A DNA stretch of 64,000 nucleotides from Felis catus (GCF_018350175.1 NC_058373.1:116190001-116254000), one strand, 5' to 3'. Shown: positions 26,393 to 40,048, numbered from the stretch's first letter. The notes: generated from the sequence alone by a model not told the origin. Program-made: numbers and translations.

Positions 26393-28169
26393 CTCTGTTT
26401 TTTAAATAGTTGCATAGAAGTCCATTGTGTGGTTACCTGTTTCCTGCTGATAGACATTTAATTTGTTTGCCAACTTCTAACACAAACCATACTGGGGTAA
26501 ATAATTTGTATAAACATCGTCTCCGGTGTGTTCAGGTATAGTAATAAGATAAATTCCTAGAAATGAGATTGCTTGTTCAGAGGATAAATGCTTTTGTAAT
26601 TTTGAAAGATCTGCCAAATTGCCCTTCTGAGGTGTTGTGTTACTCACTTTACGTTTGGAAGCAATACATGAGAGTATCTGTGCTCACATGTTTTGCTCCT
26701 TTCATAGGTAACAAATAGTATCCTAGAGTGGTTTTGATTTGCATATCTCCTGCTTTGAGTGGGATCGAGCAGCTTTTCTTAAGTTTAAGGTGTCTTTTTT
26801 TTTTTTAGTTTCTCTGTGAAGAATTCATGTGCTTTATCCATTTTCTTCTAGGTTGTTTCTTACTAATTTCTAAGCACTGTTATATATTAAGGAGATTAGT
26901 CCTTTGTAATATAATTGCAGACATCTAATAGTTTTATAGTTTAGCCCATTTGGAATTTATTTTGCTGTAAGCAATGTGTGAGTATCAAGTTAAAAAATTT
27001 TTTTAGACAGGCAGTTGTCCCAATCAACCTAATTTATTAAACCATCTCCTATTTTTCTTAGTAGTTTAAATGCCATATTTTTTATAATTTAAGTTCCCAC
27101 TGGGGTATTTGGTTCTGTTTTATCAGTGTCTACTCTTACATGTATACTAAATTTTGTTGGTAACCCTTGTTTTTTATATGTATAGATTTTTCTTTCATAG
27201 TAGTAGTCTTGTTAGTCTGTCTTACTAGTTTTTTTTATGGCTATTCTTGCATCTTTACCCATTTTGTTCAGTTTCTAAGGGATGTCATTGAGTTTGTGAT
27301 TGAAAGAAATTGAATTTGTGGGTTATTTCAGGGAAGGAAGTTTGACATCTTTATTATATTGAATTAAGGTGATCTCTCCCTTTATGTCCCTAAAGAGAAT
27401 TTTGTTTTTAAGTTTTTTTTTTTTTTTTTAATGTTAGCCTTGTATATTTTCCCTTAGGATTATTATTCTTAGATTTTAGTTTTTAACGTAGTGTAAATAG
27501 AACCATTTTTTTTTCACTGTTTCTAACTGGTCATTGCTGCCATGTAAGGAAACTATTGGTTTTTATAAAAAAAAAAAAAACTTATTTTAGAATAGTTGTA
27601 GATTTATAGAAAAGTTACAGAGATGGTGGTACAAGATATCCCACATAACCGCTCATTTTCTCCTGGTGATTGCATTTTGGGTTACTGTGGTACATTTGTC
27701 ACAACCAGTGGACCAATATTTGATATTTCATTATTAACTTAAAGTCCATACTTTATTCAGATTTGTTTAGAGTTTTTACCTAATGTCCTTTTGCTGTTCC
27801 AAGATCCCATCTAAAACAATTGATTTTGATTTATTGATTTTGCAGTCACACACTTTATGGAATTAGCTCATTTTTTTCTAATAATTTTTGTTTTAAAAGG
27901 ATTTTCATATATGCAATCATGTTTATAAAAAGTAATTTGAAGTTCTTTCCAATTCTTATACTTTTTTCTCTTGTATAATTGCCTGCGTGGTACTTTACAT
28001 ATCTGTATTAAATAATGCTGGCGATATAGACAGCCTTCCCTGCTTCCCTACTTTAATGGTCATTCCAGTGTTTTACCATTAAGCACAATATATTTTTTGT
28101 TTGAAGTATAGATTCTTTTTTTCTTTACTGTGATACAAAAATATTTCTCTATTTTAAAAAAAAATATGT

Positions 28170-28368
28170 ATTTTTTAAAAATTATTTTTGAGAGAGAGAG
28201 AGAGCAAGCAGGCAAGGGGCAGAGAGAGAGGGTGACGCAGAATTGGAAGCAGGCTCCAGGCTCTGAGTGCTCAGGAGGAGCCCGACGCGGGGCTCGAACT
28301 CACAGACCACGAGATCATGACCTGAGCTATAGTCGGCCGCCCAACCAACTGAGCCACCCAGGCGCCCC
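28170..28368 (-). mobile_element. CAN-SINE
   Basis: Consensus; atatttctctat TSD. Confidence 0.88.
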
Positions 28369-29552
28369 GATATTTCTCTATATTTTTTAATGACTCTGGT
28401 TGTTCACTGTCAGACTAAATATTTACCACCGGGTATTCTGAGATCTCACAAGTCTTATCTAGCTCATCTTTTCTGTAGCTCGTCTTTGGTTCCTCTGAAC
28501 TATTTCTATTCAGAGGTCTTTCTGTTTGTTTGCTTAGCTTAGTTTTGCCACCACGTTGCTTAAACATGATTAAAAACATCACGTGGTTAGTGTGCTATTA
28601 CCTCATGCCCATGCACCATCCATTTTCAGATTTTCTCACTTAATCTTCATCATAGCCCTGCCCTGTGAAATAAAGACACTGTTATCCCGTTTTGCAGTTG
28701 AGGAAACTGCTTCAGGGTCATGCGTGTCGCCCTGCCCTTTTTCCCCTTTGACCCCAGGACCACTACCACATCACTGTTCAGCGTCCTCCTCACACAGACA
28801 CACAAGATGCTTTTCTGATTAATCTCCTGAAAGCCAACCTGTGATGGATTTGAGACGAGTTTAGTGTCCCCTGATCTTTTTCAATGCGTATTCTGAATCT
28901 GGAGCTGCCCTTCCCATCATCAGCTAATTATATCCTTAATCTTGGCTGCTTTTGACCCGCATAGTGTATGACTACAATGGAAGCCCATTATAAAACACAA
29001 TGTTCTCCTAGGGATTTTGTTATGGTTCTCATCTATACTTAAAGTGAGGTAATTTGTCTCACTCATCATTTTGGTGGGAGGGGTTACTTAGCCTTATTAT
29101 GTGGCATCTATTATAAATGGATTTTATTAAAATTTAATGTCCTTTCACTTATTGGTCTAATGTGGGGTTCTCTCCCCGCTATGATTATATCAAATACTAG
29201 TTCCTTCTTGCCATGGCTGTTGTTACGTGTGCTCCTTCATGCCGGCTACAGAGATCCGGCATTTGCAGCCGGCTTATATCCCATCCATTCCAGGTTTTTT
29301 GTGAACAAAGTCAGGAGCTGTAATTCTTAAGACTGTGTAAAGAGCAGCAAGAGAAGCAGTTGCCGCCACTTACCTGCATTTCTAGGGCTGGAGGATTTTA
29401 ACCCAGCTTTGTCACGGTTACCACTTGGTTTCTAGTGGGCAGAGGCCAGGGACGGTGCTAAACAACTTTTAAAGTACAGGGCAGTACCAACAACATAGGA
29501 TTATCTGGCCCCAAATGCCGGCATTGCTGGGTTAAGAAGCTTTGCTCCAGAT

Positions 29553-30643
29553 CATGCATTCTCAGTAAGAATGAGGTTGCTTGCCCTCAAGGAGGTGAAA
29601 ATAACTTACTTGATAGGGGAGGGTGGGTGGTGGTGGTGGTGGTGGTAAAGAAATCTTTTTATGTGTAACGTCCACTTGTACATAGGGGACATACAGATGT
29701 AGTGTGTCTGTGGTGGTAAAATTTCATGAGGGGGAGTGTTATGGAAACCTACATTTCCGTGTGTTTTTGTTTAGTCTCATGCTGCTTCCCCACTCCTAAC
29801 ATTTCTGATACCAGGTGTGTATGGGTTTTCCCTTAACAAACAATCCTCTGAGTAACCAGCTGAATATCCTACAATTTAACTCAGCTCTGACACTACCTGG
29901 AGATAGCTTCAAATCCCACTGGTTAAGGGGCCAGTTCCACAAGACTGTCTCCTTCCCCCCAGGTCAGATGCCAGTAACAAGTACAGGTTGTCACCTATGC
30001 TTCTGTCCCATTGCCTACAAATTGGAAGTTTCCATGACCCCATTCTCAGGTTCAGTTAATTTGCTAGAGTGGCTCACAGAACTCAGGAAAACTTACTTAC
30101 TGTTCACCAGTTTATCACAAAAGGGTGTGATAAAGGATACAGATGAACATCCAGCAAGAAGGGCTATGTAAGGCAGATGTGTGGGAAGGGGCACAGAGCT
30201 TTCATGTCTTCTCTGGGTGCACCATTCTCTGGCACCTCCACACGTTCACCAGCCTGGAAGCTCTCCAAACTCCATACTGTTGGGATTTCGTGAAGGCTTC
30301 ATCACGTAGGCGTCATCAATTATTAACTCCATTTCCAGCCCCCTCTCCTCTGGAAATCCCAAGCTTCTAATCATGGCTTGGTCTTTCTGGTAACCAGCCC
30401 CCATCCAGGAGCCCACCAACAGTTACCTCGTTAGAACAAAGACACTCCTATCGCCCAGGAAATTCCAAGGGACTTAGATGTTACCACTAAGGAATTCCAA
30501 AGGTGTTTTAGGAGTTCTGTGCCAGGAACCAGGGACAGAAACCAATGTATATATTTTCTATTATTTCACAGGAGTGATTAGGAAAAAAATGTCTGGAAAG
30601 ACTCCTTAGTACGATAATGAAAAAAAAAAGTTGTGAAACACTG
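29553..30643. mobile_element. MER96B-like hAT MITE split by an LTR insertion
   Basis: Ends catgcattctca... and ...gataatgaaaaaaaaaagttgtgaaacactg; halves rejoin across the LTR; family name from memory. Confidence 0.55.
29737..30570 (-). mobile_element. Solo LTR, MER21-family (834 bp)
   Basis: TG...CA termini; 4-bp GGAG TSD (29733-36, 30571-74); reverse strand begins tgtgaaataatagaaaatatata...ggttcctggcacagaactcctaaaac as in MER21. Confidence 0.8.
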
Positions 30644-30693
30644 CTTTGGGGGGAAGACTGCCTAGTGTTAGTGGTTGGAAACGCAGATTCTTA

Positions 30694-33340
30694 GGGCACC
30701 TGACTGGCTCACTTGGAAGAACATGCAACTCTTGACCTCGGGGTCATGAGTTCAAGCCCCATGTTACACGTAGAGATTACTAAAATAAATAAATAAACTT
30801 TAAAAAACCCTCTGATTCTTACCACTGGACTTAGACTGTTTTTACTGCTTGCTGCCTACAGATGACTTCATTGCCTCAGTTTTCTTATCTGTAAAATGGA
30901 GATTATAATAGTATTTTATTCAAAGGAGTGTTGTGAGATAATCCATTTAAAGTACCTGGCGCTGGGTTGAACAGGAAATTAGTCATTCTCCTGAGAAGCT
31001 CCAGAAGAGTAATGATATTGGGGCACCTGGGTGGCTCAGTCAGTTGAGCGTCTGACTTCAGCTCAGGTCATGATCTCACAGCTCTTGAGTTCGAGCCCCC
31101 CGTTGGGCTGTGTGCTGATGGCTTGGACCTGGAGCCTGCTTTGGATTCTGTGCCTCCCTCTCTCTCTGCCCCTAACCCACTTGCATTCTGTCTCTGTCTC
31201 TCTCAAAAATAAATAGACCTTAAAAAATTAAAAAAAAAAAAAAAAGATCTTGTTTATTGCAGTATTATCATTCGTTAGAAGAGTATCTGGGACTTACTAG
31301 GTATTTAGTAAATATATGTTGAATGAATTTATAAAGCTCATATTCAATGAGTTAAGTTATGTCAGAGTTGCCTTTATGGAAACTGAGTAAATGGTGGTAT
31401 TAAGTATGCTGTATTCACTTCTTAATTCATTTTTTCTGTTAGGCATATTTACCTCACCTTAAATCTAGTGTGTTGATACTTTGCTTGATTTTCGCATTTA
31501 CTTTATTTATTTATTTATTTATTTAAAGAACTAGGGCCATATCTTTTTTTTTTTTTTTTTAATTTTTATGTGTATTTACATTTGAGAGAGAGAGAGACAG
31601 AGACAGTGCATGAGCAGGGGAGGGGCAGAGAGACAGACAGAATCCGAAGCAGGCTCCAGGCTCCGAGCTGTCAGCGCGGAGCCCGATGTGGGGCTCGAAC
31701 TCAAGATCGTGACCTGAGCAGAAGTGGGACGCTCCACCGACTGAGCCATCCAGGCACCTCTAGCGTTTACTTTTAAGGGTAGAGATGGATTATGTGACAT
31801 GCAGTACCATCTTTCTGCTTCAAGGCAATTCAGCGAGCTAGGCCAAAGTGATATATGGCTTCTGTTAACATTCTTGAGAGCTAATCTGCTTTTAATTTAT
31901 ACGTCTTCCTGATTTGTATTATATTAGTATCTCAGCTTGCAGTTTGTGCCACTAAATTTTAGTGAAACAGGAAAGAACACAAATAACTTTCAATAACCCA
32001 ATTTTTGGTGTGTATTAATTTTTTATTTAAACATATTTTTGGGGCACCTGGGTGGCTCAGTTGGTTAAGCGTCCAACTCTAGGTTCGACTCAGGTCATGA
32101 TCTCATAGTTTGTGAGTTTGAGCCCCACATCAGGCTCCACACACATCAGGCTCCACGCTGGCAGTGTGGAGCCTGCTTGGGATTCTCTGTGTCTCTCCTC
32201 CTCTGCCCCTCCCCAGCTTGCATGCTCTCTCTGTCTGTCTCTCCATCTCTCTCTCAAAAACAAGTAAATGAACTTAAAAAAATAAGTAAAATAAAAACAT
32301 TTACTTTTTCCTTCACAGTTTGATTTTTCCTTTTGCTTAATACTTTGGTTATTGATGGAGTTATTTTCATTTTTAAGCCTTACATTTGAACTCTTGTATT
32401 ATTATTTATTTTGTGCTTGTACAGTGTACTTCATCTATAAGAATGTAGTAAATCAGTGCAAGAAGAATCCCGTTATTTTATATATATTGGCCTAAAGATA
32501 ATCCTATTGAATATATCCTCAGCTGACATTTTGGGAGGTAATAACCTAGCTGCTACTTTTCAAAACTGCAAAGTCATGTTGACAGACCTTGTTAATGAAT
32601 TCTTATTTTCACTTATTATGAATCCTGGAAAAATTGTTTCAGTAAAATATATCAGAAACAAATGGAATAAAGAAATAGGTCAAGCGATTGGTTAAACTGA
32701 TAAAAGAATGATTTATACACCACAATGTCAAGTTACCAGTTTACAAAAAGAAATACGAATCAAAATTGTTCTCAGCATGAGATATCCTATTCTCTTTCTG
32801 GGATGGTTAGGTTTACTCAGAGAAAGGTTTGCAAATCAAAACATTATTGGTGCTTTTCAAGTTACGTTCTTACGTGATGATTCTTTCAGATTTCATTTGG
32901 GGAATCTTGGTGAAGAATGGAGTTCAGTCTCTAGATAATACTATCTGGGTAATGTTGAAAGATAAATCTGTGCCAGTCTCTTTCATGTAGAGGCGTAAAT
33001 ATCCCTACCTTTCCATTTTTATTTGCTGTTCTGACATAGTTTAATAGCCAGTTAAAATTTCCAGACATATCAGTTATTTTTCATTTTAGGTTGGCTGCTA
33101 TTTGCTGGTTTGGGAATAGGTACCTTAATCTCATTAGAAAGCCATTTCAGGGGTGCCTAGGAGGCTTAGTCTGTTAGGTGTCCGACTCTTGATTTTGGCT
33201 CAGGTCATGATCTCAGGGTTGGTCTCCATGTTAACAGCATGGAGCCTGCTTCAGTCCCTGTGCACACTTTCTCTCTCTCTCTCTCAAGAAACGAATGAAT
33301 GAATGAATGAATGAATGAATGAATAAATAAATAAAATAAA
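30694..33340. mobile_element. CAN-SINE-rich block (+30694-30806, +31020-31245, -31544-31759, +32041-32295, +33150-33340 with (GAAT)n tail) with MIR/L2 remnants
   Basis: SINE consensus heads and tails. Confidence 0.85.
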
Positions 33341-35176
33341 AAATAGATAAAAACCCATTTCAACACATAGGAGAGGATAAGAGGATGGATTGGTTTTGGA
33401 AAGGATTTTTGTGAGTCACTAATTACTAATTCCATCTATATAGTTTAGATTATTGGATAATCATATTTGGGAGTATATATTCCCAAATAGTAAATCTAAA
33501 TATGTTTATTATAATTCTGTATATATTTATACATTGTTCTATATACATATATATATTTTTGTGGGGAAAAATGAAAGTATGGGAAAATTCCTATAAAATG
33601 TATATGGCTATTGTGGTCCATCGTTACGCATCCTTACTTTTGTTTCTCCTTTTCGTATCTGTGCCCTATTTTTTCATATGTATTTTAAGCTGCCCATCTC
33701 TAGCTCCTAGTACATATATGTTGATGATGAGTTTGTATGTCCTATATTACTCTGGTCCCTTTTCGTCTGGGTAGTATGCAATGCATTTTGAATGTTACCT
33801 CCTTAAGAATAGCATTCAACTGTAGCTAAAAATGTAAATACAAATATAGAGTGACAAATATAAAATACAAATATAAACAGATCTAAAAGATAGTATCTAG
33901 TATTTTTAATGATTCTATTCATATTAAAATATTTACAAATAAACTGTAAACTTCTGCAGAAATATGGGTTGGCTCAATTTCTGATTTTTCACTTGTAAGT
34001 CAGTTAGTTGCCTTTGGGGAAGGTGTATTCTGGGTTTGTTGCAGAGGTTCCCAGTTGGCCCTCTGAAGTCACTTCGACTTACTGTGTAGTTGGATTTACA
34101 GAAAATTCTATTTTTGTGTTTTTTTCTACGGGAAAGTGTGCTTGCCTCTCAGCCCTGGGAGTGCTTGTCCCTTCCCTCTTCAGCCCTCTCTTCGGAAATG
34201 AAATACCTGCCTGGAATGCTTTATTACCTCCATCCCTGAAGGAGGCTGTGGCAAGAGGCCTGAATTCCTAGAGCCATGATTGGGATATGAAGGCCTTTTT
34301 AAAGTTCCTTGGGGCAGCCTGTGTGTGAAAACTGGAAGGCTTAAACCCATTCATTTCCTCTCTGATCTGACCTCTCTCCTTACCCCTCATGGACACTCAT
34401 TTTCTGCTGAGCCCTTCCTTCTTCCTCCCTCGTTGCCAGCATTTTCTCTGTTTGCCAGAAACGAAAGGTGGTACCGATGTGGAACGGTTCTGCACGTTGT
34501 AGGAATCAGCTTATCCATTGATACTCTTTTTGTCAGTAAGCCGAAAGGGATTTTCCACCAGGGTACATACGCAGAGGCAGGTTGCCCAGCTTCAGGTCTG
34601 TCAGTAGGAATGCTCGAACCCCGGGCCGAGTGGCTGTCTCATAGAGCTTTACAAAAAGTGCTTCTTGGTTCTTTGTCCCGTTGGTCATTTGGACCCAGCC
34701 GAAACAGCTGTGACACGGACTGATTTGGGGGCAGACTGTGGAAAGAAGGCAGCGCTCCTTATTGTTACAACTCTTTAGTTTTCCTTCGAAAAAGCGTGAA
34801 GAAAAGTTAGTTCAGGTGTTATTGATGGATGGAAGTTACGGTTTAGGACACGACTAGTGCCTGTGGGTTTGGGTTTTGTTTTGTTTTTTTCCTCTCTCCG
34901 CCTAGACCGTGAGGCGTACTGCTTTCAAATTATGCCAAACTTTTCATTTGCCAGATATTTTTTCTGTCATTTAATTTTCACTCCCGTTTCTACAGGAGAT
35001 TGGCAGAGCGGACAACATTCAAGCTAGGAAAGATTTAGGTTCAGTTTTTCTCTAAATTTGTCAGTGATTGTCTCTGTTGTAACTTACTAGAAGCACCAGC
35101 TACTTTGGTAGTTGGCAACATTCAAAGATCTCAGACCACACGAGCAGAGAAGCATGTATTTAAAAAGAATAATCGG

Positions 35177-35408
35177 GGGGCGCCTGGGTGGCGCAGTCGG
35201 TCAAGCGTCCGACTTCAGCCAGGTCACGATCTCGCGGTCTGGGAGTTCGAGCCCCGCGTCAGGCTCCGGGCTGATGGCTCGGAGCCTGGAGCCTGTTTCC
35301 GATTCTGTGTCTCCCTCTCTCTCTGCCCCTCTCCCGTTCATGCTCTGTCTCTCTCTGTCCCAAAAATAAATAAACGTTGAAAAAAAAATTAAAAAAAAAA
35401 AAAGTTTT
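35177..35408 (+). mobile_element. Young SINEC_Fc-type insertion
   Basis: gtggcgcagtcgg...cagccaggtcacgatctcgcgg head, intact CpGs, tttaaaaagaataatcgg duplicated on both sides. Confidence 0.92.
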
Positions 35409-35685
35409 AAAAAGAATAATCGGAATGAATGTAGTGTTTTGAATTGGGAAACAAAACTGCTACTCAACTTTTTCTTATAGCTGGATATTCAGCTAAAGGT
35501 ATCACAAGGCAGCAAAGAAAGGCCTCAGAGGAATGAGAGTTGTATTTATTACTTATGAATTTATAGTGAAAAAATTTTGAGGAAAATGTCTAATACAATG
35601 TCTTCACATTTATTTTCACATTTAATGTGAAATACATACCAAATTAGGAAGCGGTGTAAAGATGTGACCTGCATTTGTATTTTTA

Positions 35686-35753
35686 TTTATTTTTATTTAT
35701 TTATATTTATTTATTTATTAAATATAATTTATTGTCAAATTGGTTTCCATACA
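35686..35753 (-). mobile_element. Ultra-short cat-type L1 3' tip insertion
   Basis: aatttattgtcaaattggtttccataca resembles the feline L1 3' end; T-rich tail; atttgtattttta TSD (35673-85, 35757-69). Confidence 0.7.
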
Positions 35754-35904
35754 TGTATTTGTATTTTTAAAGACTGACCAAAAAAAAAATAGTTTTTACT
35801 TTCAGTGATTCTCTACAGTTAACCTATGTTTTTAGAGAGATATAGTCTTCGTGTTTGTGTCTGTTCAAAATTTTTCTTAAAAAACAAACAAAATTTTCTC
35901 CCTT

Positions 35905-36417
35905 TCTTTCTTTCTTTCTTTTTTTTTTTTTTTAGTGTTTGTTTATATTTGAAAGAGAGAACACAAGCTAGGGAGTGACAGAAAGAGAGGGAGACAGAGG
36001 ATGCCAAGTAGGCTCTGTGCTAACAGTAGAGCCTGATACAGGACCTGAACTTACAAGTTCTGAGATCATGACCTGAGCGGAAGCTGGATGCTTAATCAAC
36101 TGAGCCACCCAGGCGCCCCTAAAAAGTTTCCTTTATTGTATTGATGGGCCCTCGGCCTCTAGTCCCTAGTGAGTTTTCTGTCACGTAACTTTGTCAAATA
36201 GTTATATAAGGCCACTGAAGGTTTTTTCTTTTTAATGTTTATTTATTTTGAGAGAGAGAGAAAACGTGAGCAGCAGAGGGGCAGAGAGAGTGAGAGAGAA
36301 TTTCAAGTAGGCTCCATGTTGTCAGGTGGAATCTGATGGTGGGGCTCAATCCCACAAACTGTGAAATCATGACCTGAGCCAAAATCAAGAGTTGGACTCA
36401 GCCACCCAGGCACCCCC
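35905..36417 (-). mobile_element. Two CAN-SINEs (35905-36119; 36222-36417)
   Basis: Consensus. Confidence 0.85.
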
Positions 36418-36896
36418 AGGCTGTTGAAGTTTTAATCATTTTTCCAGTGATTTCTATGGAACTAATGGAATTTTCCCACAATTGCCCCAAACCAGTGTTT
36501 TCTGCTACAAATTAATAAATTTTCTCATTGAAGAGAAGATACCAAAACCAGGCATTATTCAAAAATGTCATGTCTTCTAAAAAAACAGGTATACTATATG
36601 CTTAAAAACTTGTGACCTACTTTTTAACATTAAAAATAGTTGTTTTGCTTGGAGAGCAAGGAAGATGAGTGATTTCCAGAATTTTCTTATTAAATGACGC
36701 TGTTGAATGTGACTTGATTTTGGGGGCCTACATTGTGAAGAACAGTTGTGTTCTAGCAGCTACTTTGTTTCACAGTTGGATGAAACTGGTGATGTTGGAG
36801 ATTGTAGGTTCATACTTCTCATATATGAGGGAGAAGTGCCTGATGATGTTTTATTTGGTTTAGTGGTTAAAGGAGAAAAGAGTATTTCATTCAGAG

Positions 36897-37201
36897 CAGA
36901 TATTAGCAAAATGTGGCCCATGTAGTTTTTGTATGGCTCATGAATTAAGAATTTTTTTTTTTACATATTTAGTGGTTGAAAAAAAAACAAGAGTAATATT
37001 TCATTCTGTGTGAAAATTATATGAAATTCAAGTTTCAGTGTCTATAAAGAGTTTAATGGGAAAACACCATGCTCATGTGTTCATATATTGTCTGGAGCTG
37101 TTTTCAAGCAGCAGAGTTGAGCAGCTGCGACAGATTCTGTGACCTGTAAAGTATGAAATATTTTTTGTTTGGCTTTAAACAGAAAAAGTTTGCCAACCTT
37201 G
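36897..37201. mobile_element. MER58-like hAT-Charlie MITE
   Basis: gcagagttgagcagctgcgacaga and acagaaaaagtttgccaacc motifs. Confidence 0.75.
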
Positions 37202-37219
37202 ATTTAGAGGCAGTTAGAT

Positions 37220-37440
37220 GTCATGATTTAGAGCGAGGACTCTGGAGTCAAGCGGCTCCTTGATGTCTCATTTTGAGATCTTGGGCAAATTACTTATCTC
37301 TTTGTGTCTCACTTTCTCTGCCTGTAATATTAGAAGAATAACAGTGCTGACTTCATGAGGTGATCCTAAGGGGTAAATGAGTTAATATACATAAAGCACT
37401 TAGAAATGTGCCTGGCCCATGGTCATCACTAGCTATTAGA
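37220..37440 (+). mobile_element. MIR SINE
   Basis: ggactctggagtca, ttgggcaaattactt and aaagcacttagaa core motifs. Confidence 0.75.
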
Positions 37441-37989
37441 TGTCAGTTGATATCTACGTATAAAACGTTAGTTGTCATTAAGTGTTATGTAGCTGATAAT
37501 CACTTTGTAACATGAACTGGAAAATATGCATTGAAATTCTGATTGAAAATAGCTACAAATATATTAAGGAAATACTCGTTTGTTAACCATATGCTTCCAG
37601 ATCTTGATTCAGTGGTGTTCAATGTAGTGAAAATTATGAATCTAACACAAAGCATAGATAGTGCATGTCTTTCTTTACATTGCTGCACATAAAGTGAGCA
37701 TTGTATTAAAGATTGCTTTTCTACCATGCATTGTGCTAGCCTTAGGGGAGAATTACTCACTTGAGTTTTTGAAATAAAATGTAACATAAAATGTAATGTA
37801 AGATAAGTTTACTTCATGCCTGAAAATCTAGTATGACTATTTCTGTGATTCCAAGTGGCTTTCTCAAGAGTCCCATCAGAAATATGTTTGACATCTTGAA
37901 TAGCTTGAACCTATCACTTGTGACTGAAATTAATCGTTTTTTTTTATGTTAAGCATAAACTATCAGAATTTAAGGGATTAAACTATGCA

Positions 37990-38950
37990 CTTAACATAAA
38001 ACTTACCACTTTAACACATTTTGAAAGTATATTTGGTAATGTTAAGTATATTCACATTGTTGTGCATTGGATGTTCACAACTTTTTCATACTATGAAACA
38101 AAGTCTATACCTATTAAATAACTCCCTCTTTCTTCCTCTTGCTAGTCTTTGGTAACCGCCATTCTGGTTTCTATCTCTAGGAATCTGACTACTTTAGATA
38201 CCTTATATAAGCGGAATCATCCAGTATTTTGTCTTTTTGTGACTGACTTATTTCACGTGGCTTATTGGCCTCAAGGTTCATCTGTGTTGTAGCCTGTGAC
38301 AGGATTTCCTTCCTTTTTTTTTTTTTTTTTAATTTTTTTAATGCTTGTTTATTTTTGAGAGAGAGAGAGACAGAGCATGAGCAGGGAGGGGCAGAGAGAG
38401 AGGGAGACACAGAATCCGAAGCAGGGTCCAGACTCTGAGCTGTCAGCGCAGAGCCTAATGCGGGGCTCGAACTCACAAGCCGTGAGATCATAACCTGAGC
38501 CGAAGTTGGACTCTGAACCAACTGAGCCACCCAGGAGCCCCGGATGAATACTATTCCATTATATGCATAGACCACATTTTGTTTATCTGTTCATCCGTGG
38601 ATGGACATTTGTGTTGCTTTTACCTCTTGGCTATTGTGCATATTGTTGCTGTGAACATGGGTATACAAGTATCTCTTTGAGATCCTGCTTCTAATTGTTT
38701 TGGATAAGTACTCAGAAGTAGGATTGCTAGATCAAATATGATAATTATAGTTTTAAAATTTTACTTATTTTGAGAGCGAGGGTGTGCGTGCAGGGGAGGG
38801 GCAGAGAGAGAGGGAGAGAGAATCCCAAGCAGGCTCCATGCTGTCAGCGCAGAGCCCAATGTGGGACTCGAACCCATGAACCCTGAGACCATGACCTGAG
38901 CCCAAATCAAGAGTTGGCCACTTGACCGACTGAGCCCTCTAGCTGCCCCC
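37990..38950 (-). mobile_element. L1MB 3' fragment with two CAN-SINEs (38314-38541; 38759-38950)
   Basis: gtatattcacattgttgtgc, tgactgacttatttcac and tcatccgtggatggacattt motifs. Confidence 0.8.
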
Positions 38951-39699
38951 ATTGTAGTTTTTGGCATTTTTATCCATCCAGTTTTTAAGAGAGGTGATCT
39001 TATTAAAAGTATCTAACACAGTTCTCCGTAGGAGGCTTACCACAGCTTTTGGGTCTGTATTTGATTTGAATATCTAGAGCTATCTGACAGCCATTCATAC
39101 TTTGTGCCATTATTCGGGATGTGTAATTGAGAGTTAAAATACTTTTTTACAGATAAAGAGTAAGGTAAAAAACTGCCTCGATTGGAACTTGATGTATTAC
39201 TAAGTCATCCATTATTGAGATGAATATAGATCATGTCTGTGTAAAAGATGAAAGCTGATATATTCTTTTTCTAATATGAAAACTTTTTTTCACTATTAAA
39301 ATTTTAGCTCTTCTAATTATAAAAGAAATATCATTACCAAAAAAATCAGGAAGATATGGCAAAGCACAAGTTTATATTTGGAATATAATACATACTGTAT
39401 TTGTATAATTAATGTTGCTGCATTTGGCTGTAGTTTTCATTGTCCTGCTCCACACTGGTAACTAGTCTACAGCTTTCCATTTTCCTCTTGGTTTTCAGTT
39501 GAGGTTTTGCTCCATTTTGGGGATAAAAGTCTTCTAGGATTGCATGTACGAGAGTTCGTATCAGTTTTATACTTCAGAATTGCTAGATCTTCAGTGATTT
39601 ATTTTTCAATTTGTATTTCTACCAGTAGTTTACTAGAGGTCTGGTTCTCCATACTTAATTTTTGTCTATACAGATGGATGTTAAATGACATACTGTGGT

Positions 39700-40048
39700 T
39701 TTTTTTTTTCTTTTTTTCTTAAGCTAGCTGTAGTCCCAACATGTGGCTTGAACTCACAACCCTGAGATCAAGAGTCCCATGCTCCACTGACTGAGCAACT
39801 GGTGTCCCTAAACTGTGGCTTAAAAATTTTTTTTAATGTTAGTTTATTTTTGAGAGAGAGAGAGGAAGTGAGATAGAATGTGAGTGGGGGAGGGGCAGAG
39901 AGAGAGAAGGAGACACAGAATCCGAAGCAGGCTCCAGGCTCTGGGCTGTCAGCATGGAGCCCCACATGGGGGTTGAACTCATGAACCACAAGATCATGAC
40001 CTGAGCTGAAGTCAGCCACTTAACTGACTGAGCCACCCAGGTGCCCCC
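39700..40048 (-). mobile_element. Two CAN-SINEs within an old L1M remnant
   Basis: Consensus; taaactgtgg TSD. Confidence 0.82.

Noticed and set aside
23995..26457. Reverse-transcriptase-like ORFs
   Set aside because: Frameshifted, SINE-interrupted L1 ORF2 relic; not a functional or domesticated gene
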